Source of the DNA: Gemmatimonadota bacterium
GTDB taxonomy: Bacteria; 4572-55; J002
DNA length: 64,000 bases
Direction: 5' to 3'
Assembly (NCBI GenBank): GCA_003697105.1
Contig: RFFQ01000013.1
Coordinates: 1 to 64,000, forward strand
Made by a program: the position numbers and the translations under genes. The notes beneath the pieces were generated by a model. That model searched no databases. It was not told the DNA's origin and saw only the letters and a list, made by a program, of their open reading frames with translations. This document shows positions 30,575-39,466 of this stretch, one piece after another. The first letter of the stretch is position 1. The number at the start of each line of letters is the position of its first letter.

Positions 30575-30658
30575 ACCCATCCCGGCAATTTGTTCGCCGG
30601 GTTATTTTTTCCACCAGTTTGAACGCATATTTTTAAGCATCAAACACCCGATTTCAGA

Positions 30659-30687
30659 TTGACAGGTCGATTCCATTCGGTTACATT
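30659..30687 (+). promoter_or_regulatory. Sigma70-type promoter
   Basis: TTGACA-17 bp-TACATT upstream of the hybrid kinase. Confidence 0.65.
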
Positions 30688-30768
30688 GGCTTCCAGATAC
30701 TTCAACTCCGGCTCAAACACCGGTGGGTTAGGAAAAGGACTCCAAAATAAAGGGATTTTTACAGCTTC

Positions 30769-31857
30769 ATGGGTAAAATTTTAATTATTGAAGATGACAG
30801 TTACATTCGGATGAATTTGGTTGACATTTTGGAAAGTGAAGGGCATGACGTATTCACGGCTGAAGATGGTCAAGTTGGGATTCGACAAGCAAAAGAGCAT
30901 TTACCAGAGTTAATTTTATGTGACGTCTTGATGCCAAATCTTGATGGATATGGCGTTTTGAAAGAAATCCGGCAAAACCCGCTAACTGCCGGCACGCCAT
31001 TTCTTTTTTTAACGGCAAAAGCCGCTCGTGAGGATTTCCGTCATGGTATGGATTTGGGCGCCGATGATTATCTCGTCAAACCCTTTGAGATTAACAGTCT
31101 AATTCGCACAGTTCGTGCCCGGTTGGAGAAACGGGCACGGGAAGTTGAACAGATCAAGAAATTACGGGAAAACTTGAGCCGCACCCTACCCCATGAATTA
31201 CGAACACCGTTGACGTCCATTATTGGCATGGCAGATTTTCTCCGTACGCCGGAATTGGTCTCGTCAATGGCACAAGTGCATGAAATGGCACAAAACATCC
31301 ACGATAGTGCGATGCGGCTTCATAAACTCATTGAAAATTACTTGCTTTATGCCGAACTGGTGGTCTCTATAGAACGTCCGGAAGACGCCAAATTATGGAA
31401 AGGATCGTCAACTTATATCAATGAGGGGATTCTTCGGTCATTTGCATTAAAACAAGCGCAAATGTATAACCGGGAAGCTGATTTAAACCTCCGGGTGACA
31501 CCCTGTAATGCCCAAATCTCAGAAACCGCTTGGATAAAAATCGTCGAGGAATTGACCAATAATGCCTGCAAGTTTTCTCCAAAGGGGACACCGGTACAGA
31601 TTACAGTGGACTCCGATGACAAAACGGTCGTGATAACCGTCACCGATCAAGGCATTGGGATGACCAACGAAGAAATTGCCAACATTGGGGCATATATGCA
31701 GTTTGAACGCGTCGAACGGGAGCAACAAGGCTCCGGTTTAGGACTCAGTATCGTCAAGTTACTCACACAACTTTCAGATGGTAAATGTGTGATCACTAGT
31801 GAACCCGATAATGGAACATCTGTTCAAGTCATATTACAAGCCGGATCGTCTTCATAA
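30769..31857 (+). CDS. Cytoplasmic hybrid response regulator / histidine kinase (REC-HisKA-HATPase)
   Basis: 'ILIIEDD', 'CDVLMP', 'YLVKPF'; H-box 'HELRTPL'; 'NACKFS', 'DQGIG', 'GSGLGL'. Confidence 0.93.
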   Translation: MGKILIIEDDSYIRMNLVDILESEGHDVFTAEDGQVGIRQAKEHLPELILCDVLMPNLDGYGVLKEIRQNPLTAGTPFLFLTAKAAREDFRHGMDLGADDYLVKPFEINSLIRTVRARLEKRAREVEQIKKLRENLSRTLPHELRTPLTSIIGMADFLRTPELVSSMAQVHEMAQNIHDSAMRLHKLIENYLLYAELVVSIERPEDAKLWKGSSTYINEGILRSFALKQAQMYNREADLNLRVTPCNAQISETAWIKIVEELTNNACKFSPKGTPVQITVDSDDKTVVITVTDQGIGMTNEEIANIGAYMQFERVEREQQGSGLGLSIVKLLTQLSDGKCVITSEPDNGTSVQVILQAGSSS

Positions 31858-31908
31858 ATGATAAATAACCCGATTTCTTTCAACTCGTTAATTTTATAGG
31901 ATGTTATA

Positions 31909-33285
31909 ATGAATCCATTAATTGAACCCTTCAAAATCAAAGTGGTCGAACCGATCAAAATGACAACCCGTGCCCAACGGGAGCGATTGATCAAAAAAGC
32001 GTATTATAATTTATTTTTTCTCCATTCCAACGATATTATGATCGATATGCTTACGGATAGCGGCACGTCCGCCATGAGCGACGCCCAATGGGCAGGCATC
32101 ATGGGCGGTGATGAAGCTTACGCCGGTAGCCGCAGTTTTGAGCGCTTTGAACAGGTAGTTAAAGACCTAACGGGATACCGTCACATTATCCCCACCCATC
32201 AGGGACGTGCCGCCGAAAAAATCTTGTTTTCCTCAATTGTCAAAAAAGCGGGGGGAGTAATCCCTAACAACACCCATTTTGATACCACCCGGGCAAACGT
32301 CGAATATACCGGCACAACCGCAGAAGATTTGGTCATTGATGAGGGGCATGATCCCGCGTCAACCTATCCTTTCAAAGGGAATATGGACTTAAAAAAACTC
32401 AAAGCCTGCATCGAAAAAGCGGGTCCAGAAAACGTACCGGTTGTGATGATGACGGTCACCAACAATTCCGGTGGTGGGCAACCAGTTTCGATGGAAAATC
32501 TGCGTGCGGTTCGGGACATGGCGCATTCCTATGGTATCCCGTTCTTTTTGGATGCCTGCCGTTTTGCCGAAAATGCGTACTTCATCAAACAACGAGAAAA
32601 AGGATACGCCGATAAAACAATTCGTGAGATCGCCCATGAAATGTTCTCGTACAGTGATGGTTGTACCATGAGCGCCAAAAAGGACGGTTTGGCAAATATC
32701 GGCGGATTTTTGGGGATTAATGATGATGTGCTGGCACAGGATTGCCGCAATTTGCTAATTCTTACCGAAGGATTCCCAACCTACGGCGGCCTTGCCGGGC
32801 GCGATCTGGAAGCCATTGCTCAAGGATTGGATGAGGTCTTGGAAGAAGATTATCTCCGGTTCCGGATTGGGCAAGTCGCCTATCTAGGTGACCAATTAAC
32901 GAAAATGGGGGTGCCGATCATGCAACCACCCGGCGGACATGCTATTTACGTGGATGCCAAATCCTTTTTGCCCCATATTCCAGTAAATCAATTTCCGGGA
33001 CAAGCACTAACAGTAGAACTTTATCTGGAAGCAGGGATTCGCGGTGTCGAGATTGGGAGCGTGATGTTTGGTAAAAAAGACCCCGAAACCGGTACCGAAA
33101 TTCCGGCGGCGTTGGAATTGGTACGTTTAGCCGTACCGCGCCGGGTGTACACCCAAAGCCACATTGATTATGTCGCCGATGCATTTGTACGGATCAACGA
33201 ACGAAAAAAGACCATCCGTGGTTATAAATTTGTGTACGAAGCCCCGTTTTTACGCCATTTTACTGCACGTTTTGAGCGTGTATAG
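31909..33285 (+). CDS. tnaA: Tryptophanase (tryptophan indole-lyase)
   Basis: 'LTDSGT', 'GDEAY', 'HQGRAAE', PLP Lys in 'SAKKD'; 'VEIGS' and 'LRHFT' match tryptophanase rather than tyrosine phenol-lyase. Confidence 0.9.
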   Translation: MNPLIEPFKIKVVEPIKMTTRAQRERLIKKAYYNLFFLHSNDIMIDMLTDSGTSAMSDAQWAGIMGGDEAYAGSRSFERFEQVVKDLTGYRHIIPTHQGRAAEKILFSSIVKKAGGVIPNNTHFDTTRANVEYTGTTAEDLVIDEGHDPASTYPFKGNMDLKKLKACIEKAGPENVPVVMMTVTNNSGGGQPVSMENLRAVRDMAHSYGIPFFLDACRFAENAYFIKQREKGYADKTIREIAHEMFSYSDGCTMSAKKDGLANIGGFLGINDDVLAQDCRNLLILTEGFPTYGGLAGRDLEAIAQGLDEVLEEDYLRFRIGQVAYLGDQLTKMGVPIMQPPGGHAIYVDAKSFLPHIPVNQFPGQALTVELYLEAGIRGVEIGSVMFGKKDPETGTEIPAALELVRLAVPRRVYTQSHIDYVADAFVRINERKKTIRGYKFVYEAPFLRHFTARFERV

Positions 33286-33318
33286 CCCACAATACCTCGT
33301 GATAATTTTGTGATATGT

Positions 33319-33368
33319 ACCCGCTATGTTTACCCAATATAAGATTCTCCCCGCGAAACATAGCGGGT
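33319..33368. repeat. 13-bp perfect inverted repeat with 24-nt spacer
   Basis: ACCCGCTATGTTT...AAACATAGCGGGT between tnaA and the downstream promoter. Confidence 0.75.
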
Positions 33369-33378
33369 TAAAAAGATA

Positions 33379-33407
33379 TTGACATATCCATATGTTTCCT
33401 ATATAAT
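33379..33407 (+). promoter_or_regulatory. Perfect consensus sigma70 promoter of the Omp28/TlpA cluster
   Basis: TTGACA (33379-84), 17 bp, TATAAT (33402-07). Confidence 0.9.
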
Positions 33408-33519
33408 CGGCACACTCCCCTAGAAAACCCCTATGTCTATCTCTTACACTTATTATACACCAGATACAATTACCCCATTTTCTATTTAGTGGACATATTC
33501 CCTTTTGGAGGTTTCCAAA

Positions 33520-35148
33520 ATGCTTATTTATATACCGAGGGTTCTGTTTTCGGCAATTCTGATGGCGACTACCCTATTATGTTTAGGAAGTTGCGATGAT
33601 AGCGACAATATGCCCGAACCCCTTTCGATTCAATTCCTTTCTCCGGCAAATGATGCCGTTCTTCGGGAAGATAGGATTGAAGTTCAGATTAACGCTTCAG
33701 CCAACCATGCAGATGCCCGTATCGATAAGGTCGAACTATTTGCGGGAAATCAGCAGGTTGCAACCACAACGGAAGTCCAGACCAATCCTGCCATCGTCAC
33801 CCTGGAGTGGGACGTCTCCAATTTGCCCAACGCCACTTACGAATTAGAAGCAAAAGTCTATGATAACCGCGGTAACACCAAAAGCAGTCAAATCCAGGTT
33901 CAACTCCACCGACAATTAAGAGTTCAAATTACCTCACCGCAAGATGGGCAGATTATCAACAGCAACCAGATACCGGTAACGGTTACGATTAAAACGATTG
34001 CCGCTGATATTGTTGAAGCCATCTTAACGGTTGATGGTGCGGCGGTGGTCACAAAAACCCAAGCACCTTGGGAGTTTACTTGGGATACGGCAGGCTACCC
34101 CCTCAATCAGGAGTACCATCTTCAGGTGACAATTGAAGATGCCGATGGAAACACAGCCCAATCGAATGTCGTGACCATCTGCGTGGGGTGTGAAATCCCA
34201 CCCTTGAGTTTGGCAATCATTTCCCCTCAGGCGGGTGAACAAATTGAAGCCAATCAGATTTCCGTTTCTGGAACGGTAACCAGTAACATTGGGCGAGCCA
34301 TTGAGCGGGTCACTTTGATAGTGAATGATAGCCCGGTGGCAGAGCGCAACCAAGCGCCGTGGGAATTCATCTGGGATACCACCAGCTATCCCGATAGTAC
34401 CACCTGTACCCTTTTCATCGAAGCTGAAGATGAGCAGGGCAATGTGGCACAATCCGAACCGGTGACCGTCTGTGTGCGCTGTGTGGAGCAATTTAGCCGG
34501 CAGCGGGTGGTTGTTCAGGAACAATTTACCGGCGCATGGTGCCAAAACTGTCTGCTTTATGCCGATCCGGCGGCAGATGCGCTGGCAGAAGAATTTGGAC
34601 CCACCCAATTGCTCTCGGTACATTACCATATCCGGGCAGGTTTGTTTGATGATTTTGAAATCGCGGAAGGTGTGGCACGGCTGAACTACTATGCCTTGAA
34701 CAACAGCCTACCCCATGCGGTCTTTGATGGCAGTGTCGTTATTACCGGCGGAGACCCCAGTACAGAAGACGTTTACCGGCAACAAATCAATACCCAATTG
34801 GCAGATGAGCCACCCGTCGGTATTCTGTTGACCGGCACGTTGGGCGCCGGAGAAATAACGGCAAAGATCAAAGCATTTGAACAACTCGCCAATCCCGGTC
34901 TAACCGTTCAATTTGTGATTACGGAGAGTGACTTAACTCACCCCAGCCCCCCGATTCATTTTAACTATGTTGTGCGAGATATGTTGCCCCCCGCCTCGAT
35001 CACCTTACCCAATGAAGGTGATCAAACGGAAGTAAGTCGTTCTTTCGTGTTAGATGACAGTTGGAATATGGATGAAATTCAACTCGTGGTGTTTGTTCAA
35101 GATGATAACACCAAAGTTATTTTACAGGGTCAAGCTATATGGGAATAA
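33520..35148 (+). CDS. Lipoprotein with three Big-type Ig domains and a C-terminal Omp28-like thioredoxin-fold domain (CQNC)
   Basis: GGAGG RBS, lipobox LGS-C; three 'I.SP..G...WDT' Ig repeats; 'EQFTGAWCQNC', 'NYVVRDML', 'WNMDEIQLVVFVQD'. Confidence 0.85.
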   Translation: MLIYIPRVLFSAILMATTLLCLGSCDDSDNMPEPLSIQFLSPANDAVLREDRIEVQINASANHADARIDKVELFAGNQQVATTTEVQTNPAIVTLEWDVSNLPNATYELEAKVYDNRGNTKSSQIQVQLHRQLRVQITSPQDGQIINSNQIPVTVTIKTIAADIVEAILTVDGAAVVTKTQAPWEFTWDTAGYPLNQEYHLQVTIEDADGNTAQSNVVTICVGCEIPPLSLAIISPQAGEQIEANQISVSGTVTSNIGRAIERVTLIVNDSPVAERNQAPWEFIWDTTSYPDSTTCTLFIEAEDEQGNVAQSEPVTVCVRCVEQFSRQRVVVQEQFTGAWCQNCLLYADPAADALAEEFGPTQLLSVHYHIRAGLFDDFEIAEGVARLNYYALNNSLPHAVFDGSVVITGGDPSTEDVYRQQINTQLADEPPVGILLTGTLGAGEITAKIKAFEQLANPGLTVQFVITESDLTHPSPPIHFNYVVRDMLPPASITLPNEGDQTEVSRSFVLDDSWNMDEIQLVVFVQDDNTKVILQGQAIWE

Positions 35149-35178
35149 TCTCAACTTTTATCGATGGAGGAAGTACTG

Positions 35179-35721
35179 ATGAAATCAATTTTTAAGTTAA
35201 GTGCCTGTATTGTGTTGGCAATAACATTTGTTGCCGGAACGGCGATGAGTGCCGAAACGCGCGAATACCAAAAACTACCGGCATTTAGTACCAAAGATTT
35301 AAGTGGTAAACTCGTCAGTTTTGATGATGTCAAAGGTGAAAAAGCCACTTACATCACGTTTTGGGCAACGTGGTGCAAACCGTGCATGGCAGAATTGCCT
35401 CACTTGCAAGAGCTGTACGAGAAATATCAAGAGCAAGGATTGCAAATCATTGGTATGAATGAAGATACCGCCAAGAAAACCGCCAAGGTCAAAAAAGCCG
35501 TTAATCAGAAAAAGCTATCATACCCAATTTTGTTAGACCCAACAGCAGAAGTGGGTAAAAAGTTAGGGATGCCTACAGAGTTACCCTACGGCTTGCTCAT
35601 CGACGGTAACGGAAATATTATTGAAAAAACCATCGGATTTCAAAAAGGCGATGAGGATGCGTTAGAAAAGAAGATCGTTAAACTATTGGGGCTTGAAACC
35701 AGTACGGAGGAATCAAATTGA
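35179..35721 (+). CDS. Exported TlpA/ResA-family thiol-disulfide reductase
   Basis: GGAGG RBS, signal peptide, 'FWATWCKPCMAELP', 'LPYGLLID'. Confidence 0.93.
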   Translation: MKSIFKLSACIVLAITFVAGTAMSAETREYQKLPAFSTKDLSGKLVSFDDVKGEKATYITFWATWCKPCMAELPHLQELYEKYQEQGLQIIGMNEDTAKKTAKVKKAVNQKKLSYPILLDPTAEVGKKLGMPTELPYGLLIDGNGNIIEKTIGFQKGDEDALEKKIVKLLGLETSTEESN

Positions 35722-37364
35722 AACCGCAAATAGCAATCAGTCTCGTCGCGATGGGATTGATGTTGTTGGTTAAGATTCCCACCGCCGGAAGTATTGATCT
35801 TAATTATTCATTTTACAATAATGTGCAATATTCGTTATTTGAAGCGTCGGAGCGCGACAGTCTTGTAGAACGCGCGGAAGTCAATCTTCAAATAGGGTTG
35901 TTGCGTACCGGCATGTTGCTGGAAGCGCGTCAACCTTTACCTAAAGTAGGAGATGCGGAACAAGGCTTTGGTCCCGTCAACGTGCGAAAACTGTTTTTTG
36001 AATTAGAAAAAGATGGGTTTTCGCTCCGTGCCGGAGATTTTCCGGTCTTATTTGGACGTGGATTATCGATCAACCTATTTCGAGATGATGCATTGCGTCA
36101 GGATACCGAACCGGAAGGCATCAAACTTGGCTACCGGAATGATTATGTTCAGGCAACGGCATTCAGCGGGTATGTGGAAAAATTTGTCGGACCCGTTTCC
36201 ACAAATGATGTCAGTTATGAAGTAGATGATACCCGGCAACATCTCTTTCGAGGTGCGGCATCTACGTTTCGTCCATTTACCAATACGGATTCTCCCTTAC
36301 AACCTTTAGAACTGGGGGTGCAATATGTCCGGTTTCGCTCCATCGAAGCCTATCCGTTCCCCCAAGAAACGCGGCGTTACGAAGACCGCCGTACAATGAC
36401 GGGAGGGAGTCTCTTCTATAGCGGTGATTTTTTTGATATTTACGGCGAATACGTCACCGGTAAGCGCATTGAAAACGAACTGTATCCCGATGGAAAAGCA
36501 AAGTTCACCATTGCCGAATACGATACCATCCAAGGAATATACGGCGTTATCAACGCCTTTTGGGGTGATTTTTCGCTTTTTGGCGAATTTAAGGATTATC
36601 AAGGGCTGGGCTTTTTTGATGCCTCCGGTAATTACTCCAAACCGATTGGACAGCTACAATCTCCTGCAAAACCGTACAACAATCCACCGCCCGTTGTCAC
36701 AGAGCATACCAGCCGGTTACTCGGTCGGGATATGTACCAGCCGATCATCCTCAATAACGAACGCGGGTATCGTGTGGAATTAGAGTGGACACCCACCTAT
36801 TCCACCCAGATTTTAGTCGATTATACCCGCGCAGAAAGTCGTGAAGGAGACCTCTATTTTCAGGAATATTACCTTGAATTTGAGCATTCTATTTGGGATG
36901 ATAACCTTTCGTTCATGGGCATGATCGAGCAAGGTGACGTGGGGGAAAAGGCAGACCGCACAGGCGGTTGGCTGAAAACCACGTACCAATTAAATGATAA
37001 ACAATCGATTGCCCTCACGACAGAATACATGGATGGTACGGTCAAAAACGTGGCAGATGAAGTCGGTCAATATTATGTTTTCAGTTTTTCGCAGTCCAAA
37101 GATACACATGAGAACGACTCGTTTTGGCGGGCGCTTCTGAAACGGTCGTGGACCCTCTCCGCCGCGTATGAGCTTAGTAGTGAAGCCGATCAGGATGGGA
37201 AAGATAATTGGTTTTCCTTAGCGATGGATTATAAAGTTTCAGATAATCATCTAGTACGGTTATTCTACGGTGCACGTCGAGCGGGTCTGAACTGCAACGG
37301 AGCAATTTGTGTCCCCGAACCGGCATTTGAAGGCTTCGAATGTCAATTAATTAGCGTGTTTTAA
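35718..37364 (+). CDS. Outer-membrane beta-barrel, DUF6029-like, with C-terminal CxxxxC
   Basis: TTGA overlap with TlpA; signal peptide; 'AGDFPVLFGRGL'; amphipathic beta strands; 'YGARRAGLNCNGAICVPEPAFEGF'; terminal Phe. Confidence 0.75.
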   Translation: MKPQIAISLVAMGLMLLVKIPTAGSIDLNYSFYNNVQYSLFEASERDSLVERAEVNLQIGLLRTGMLLEARQPLPKVGDAEQGFGPVNVRKLFFELEKDGFSLRAGDFPVLFGRGLSINLFRDDALRQDTEPEGIKLGYRNDYVQATAFSGYVEKFVGPVSTNDVSYEVDDTRQHLFRGAASTFRPFTNTDSPLQPLELGVQYVRFRSIEAYPFPQETRRYEDRRTMTGGSLFYSGDFFDIYGEYVTGKRIENELYPDGKAKFTIAEYDTIQGIYGVINAFWGDFSLFGEFKDYQGLGFFDASGNYSKPIGQLQSPAKPYNNPPPVVTEHTSRLLGRDMYQPIILNNERGYRVELEWTPTYSTQILVDYTRAESREGDLYFQEYYLEFEHSIWDDNLSFMGMIEQGDVGEKADRTGGWLKTTYQLNDKQSIALTTEYMDGTVKNVADEVGQYYVFSFSQSKDTHENDSFWRALLKRSWTLSAAYELSSEADQDGKDNWFSLAMDYKVSDNHLVRLFYGARRAGLNCNGAICVPEPAFEGFECQLISVF

Positions 37365-37378
37365 TCAGGGAGGTACTA

Positions 37379-39394
37379 ATGAAAAAAAGGATATTATTAA
37401 CGGTTTTGATATTCGGAATAGCAGTTTCCGGATGGGCGGATATTCCAAAACTCGGCGTTATTGAGCAGTTCACCACAGTGGGAAATGAGTTGTGCGAAGA
37501 GTCCAATCTGTACGTTCAACAATTGAAGGAACATTACGGGGTCAAAAACGCCGTGGTGATTCAATATCACGTGGGAGATAATGACCCATTTTACCAAGCA
37601 AACCACACGGATAACGACGCCCGGGCAGAATATTACGGCGTTGAATATCTGCCAATGGTTGCTACCTCAGGCAATAGCATGGTGCAAGCCACCGATCCAT
37701 ACGATATAAACGTCAAAATGGATAAAGTGTTAGAAACAGATACCCCACTTTATATGAGTGTATTCCATGAAATTGAGGGATCAACGCTCTCGGTAGAAGG
37801 CTCGGTAGTTGCCGCCGGCGAGATAGATGGCACATATAATTTACAAATCGCCGTCATCGAAAAAGAAGTGACAGAAGGAGGCATGACATATTATAATGTG
37901 ATGCGTAAACTTTTACCAGATGGCGCGGGTACTGATTTTTACATCGCCTCTGGGGGAGACGACGCTTATTATGAGTTCTCGCAATCGCTGCAAATCGACG
38001 CCGGCTGGGATACCGATCAATTAGAAGTGATCGTTTTTGTCCAAGACCCAGCAACGCAAGGTATTTTGCAAGCGGTCACCACAGAACTGGTTGAGGCAAC
38101 ACCCTCCCCACACCATATCCGGCTGGTGTCCGAACAACGTGTCCGAATTTTACCCGTGAATACTTTTTTGGAAAATCACTATATGCGCTTCATCAATATG
38201 ATGGACCAAGATGACCAGTTTGACTTTTTGCTGGAAACAGATATGCCGGAAGGTTGGGTGGCGTCTTTTTGTGTGGGACCCATTTGCTTACCGGATTCCG
38301 CACGTATTGCGTTTGAGGCGGGACAATCCGAGGGACAACCCGAAGATGATGGACGACACATGTATGTAACCATCACACCGATGAACACACCCGGCGTCGG
38401 CGATGTCATCTTTACGGCACGCTCCGTAACCTACCCTTCGGTACAGCAATCACTTCATTTCCGGGTCATCACCGATGGTATTGATGTGCTAATCGTCGAT
38501 GCGGATGGTGGTCTGGATAGTGAACAGGGCATTGCCAGCGCTTTGGAGCGCGCAGAAGTTACCTATGGCATCTGGAAAGCATCCACACCCATCACCGGTG
38601 CCGAAATGGCGAATTTCCCGGTGGTCATCTGGAATACCGGTCGGGCATTACCCACATTGCTGGAATCTGACCGAGCCGCCATCCAAGAGTATATGGATAA
38701 CCTCGGCTCGATCCTGATCAGTGGGCAAAATATTGGTTGGGATTTAACCAATGCCGCCAGCCGTAATCGCGATCCGGAATTCTATAGTGGTGTGCTTCAT
38801 GCCAATTTCATCAATGATAATGCATCCAGCATGGCAGTAACGGGTGTTGGGTTTGCGGAAGGTCTGGCATTTAATCTGGTCGATCAAACCTCGCCGGATG
38901 TGGTGGAACCCGTCGATGATAACACCTTTGACCTATACCAATATGGCGAAAGTGAAGTTGCCGGATTGTACACGGGAGCGATGGTCTATCTAGGGTTCGA
39001 TCCGGCACAAATTGATAGTGACGATCAGCGTGACTGGACCATCGCACGTATTTTGAATTACTTTAATTTGGCGGTTGGTGCGGGACCGGTGACCACAGGC
39101 ATCACCCAAACGCCACCAGCCGTAACTCTCCACCAAAATGTGCCGAATCCATTCAATCCCACAACACGTATTCGGTACGAATTACCGCAAAGTAGCACCG
39201 TGAAGCTTACCATTTATGATGTCACCGGACGGTTGGTGCGCACGTTGGTCAACCAACCCCAAGAAAGTGGCATTTATGATGTCCAATGGAATGGTCATGA
39301 TGATGCCGGTCACGTCGTGAATAGCGGCATCTATGTTTATCAATTGGAAACTGAAACGGCGACGCAGACTCAAAAAATGATGTTGTTGAAATAA
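37379..39394 (+). CDS. Secreted Omp28-like protein, paralog 1 (NxxC, first Cys absent) with FlgD-Ig/T9SS-type CTD
   Basis: GGAGG RBS, signal peptide; 'EQFTTVGNELC', 'NDPFY', 'NVMRKLLP', 'VFVQD'; internal CVGPIC; 'NVPNPFNP'. Confidence 0.85.
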   Translation: MKKRILLTVLIFGIAVSGWADIPKLGVIEQFTTVGNELCEESNLYVQQLKEHYGVKNAVVIQYHVGDNDPFYQANHTDNDARAEYYGVEYLPMVATSGNSMVQATDPYDINVKMDKVLETDTPLYMSVFHEIEGSTLSVEGSVVAAGEIDGTYNLQIAVIEKEVTEGGMTYYNVMRKLLPDGAGTDFYIASGGDDAYYEFSQSLQIDAGWDTDQLEVIVFVQDPATQGILQAVTTELVEATPSPHHIRLVSEQRVRILPVNTFLENHYMRFINMMDQDDQFDFLLETDMPEGWVASFCVGPICLPDSARIAFEAGQSEGQPEDDGRHMYVTITPMNTPGVGDVIFTARSVTYPSVQQSLHFRVITDGIDVLIVDADGGLDSEQGIASALERAEVTYGIWKASTPITGAEMANFPVVIWNTGRALPTLLESDRAAIQEYMDNLGSILISGQNIGWDLTNAASRNRDPEFYSGVLHANFINDNASSMAVTGVGFAEGLAFNLVDQTSPDVVEPVDDNTFDLYQYGESEVAGLYTGAMVYLGFDPAQIDSDDQRDWTIARILNYFNLAVGAGPVTTGITQTPPAVTLHQNVPNPFNPTTRIRYELPQSSTVKLTIYDVTGRLVRTLVNQPQESGIYDVQWNGHDDAGHVVNSGIYVYQLETETATQTQKMMLLK

Positions 39395-39400
39395 ATCCCC

Positions 39401-39435
39401 AGCCCGGTACGGGTATCCGTATCGGGCTTATTTTT
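39401..39435 (+). terminator. Terminator-like hairpin between paralogs 1 and 2
   Basis: AGCCCGGTACGG-GTAT-CCGTATCGGGCT followed by TATTTTT. Confidence 0.7.
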
Positions 39436-39466
39436 ATCCACCTTCGGTTGGAAGGAGATTGTACCA

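Noticed and set aside
31909-33285. Tyrosine phenol-lyase (tpl)
   Set aside because: SAKKD, EIGS and RHFT match tryptophanase
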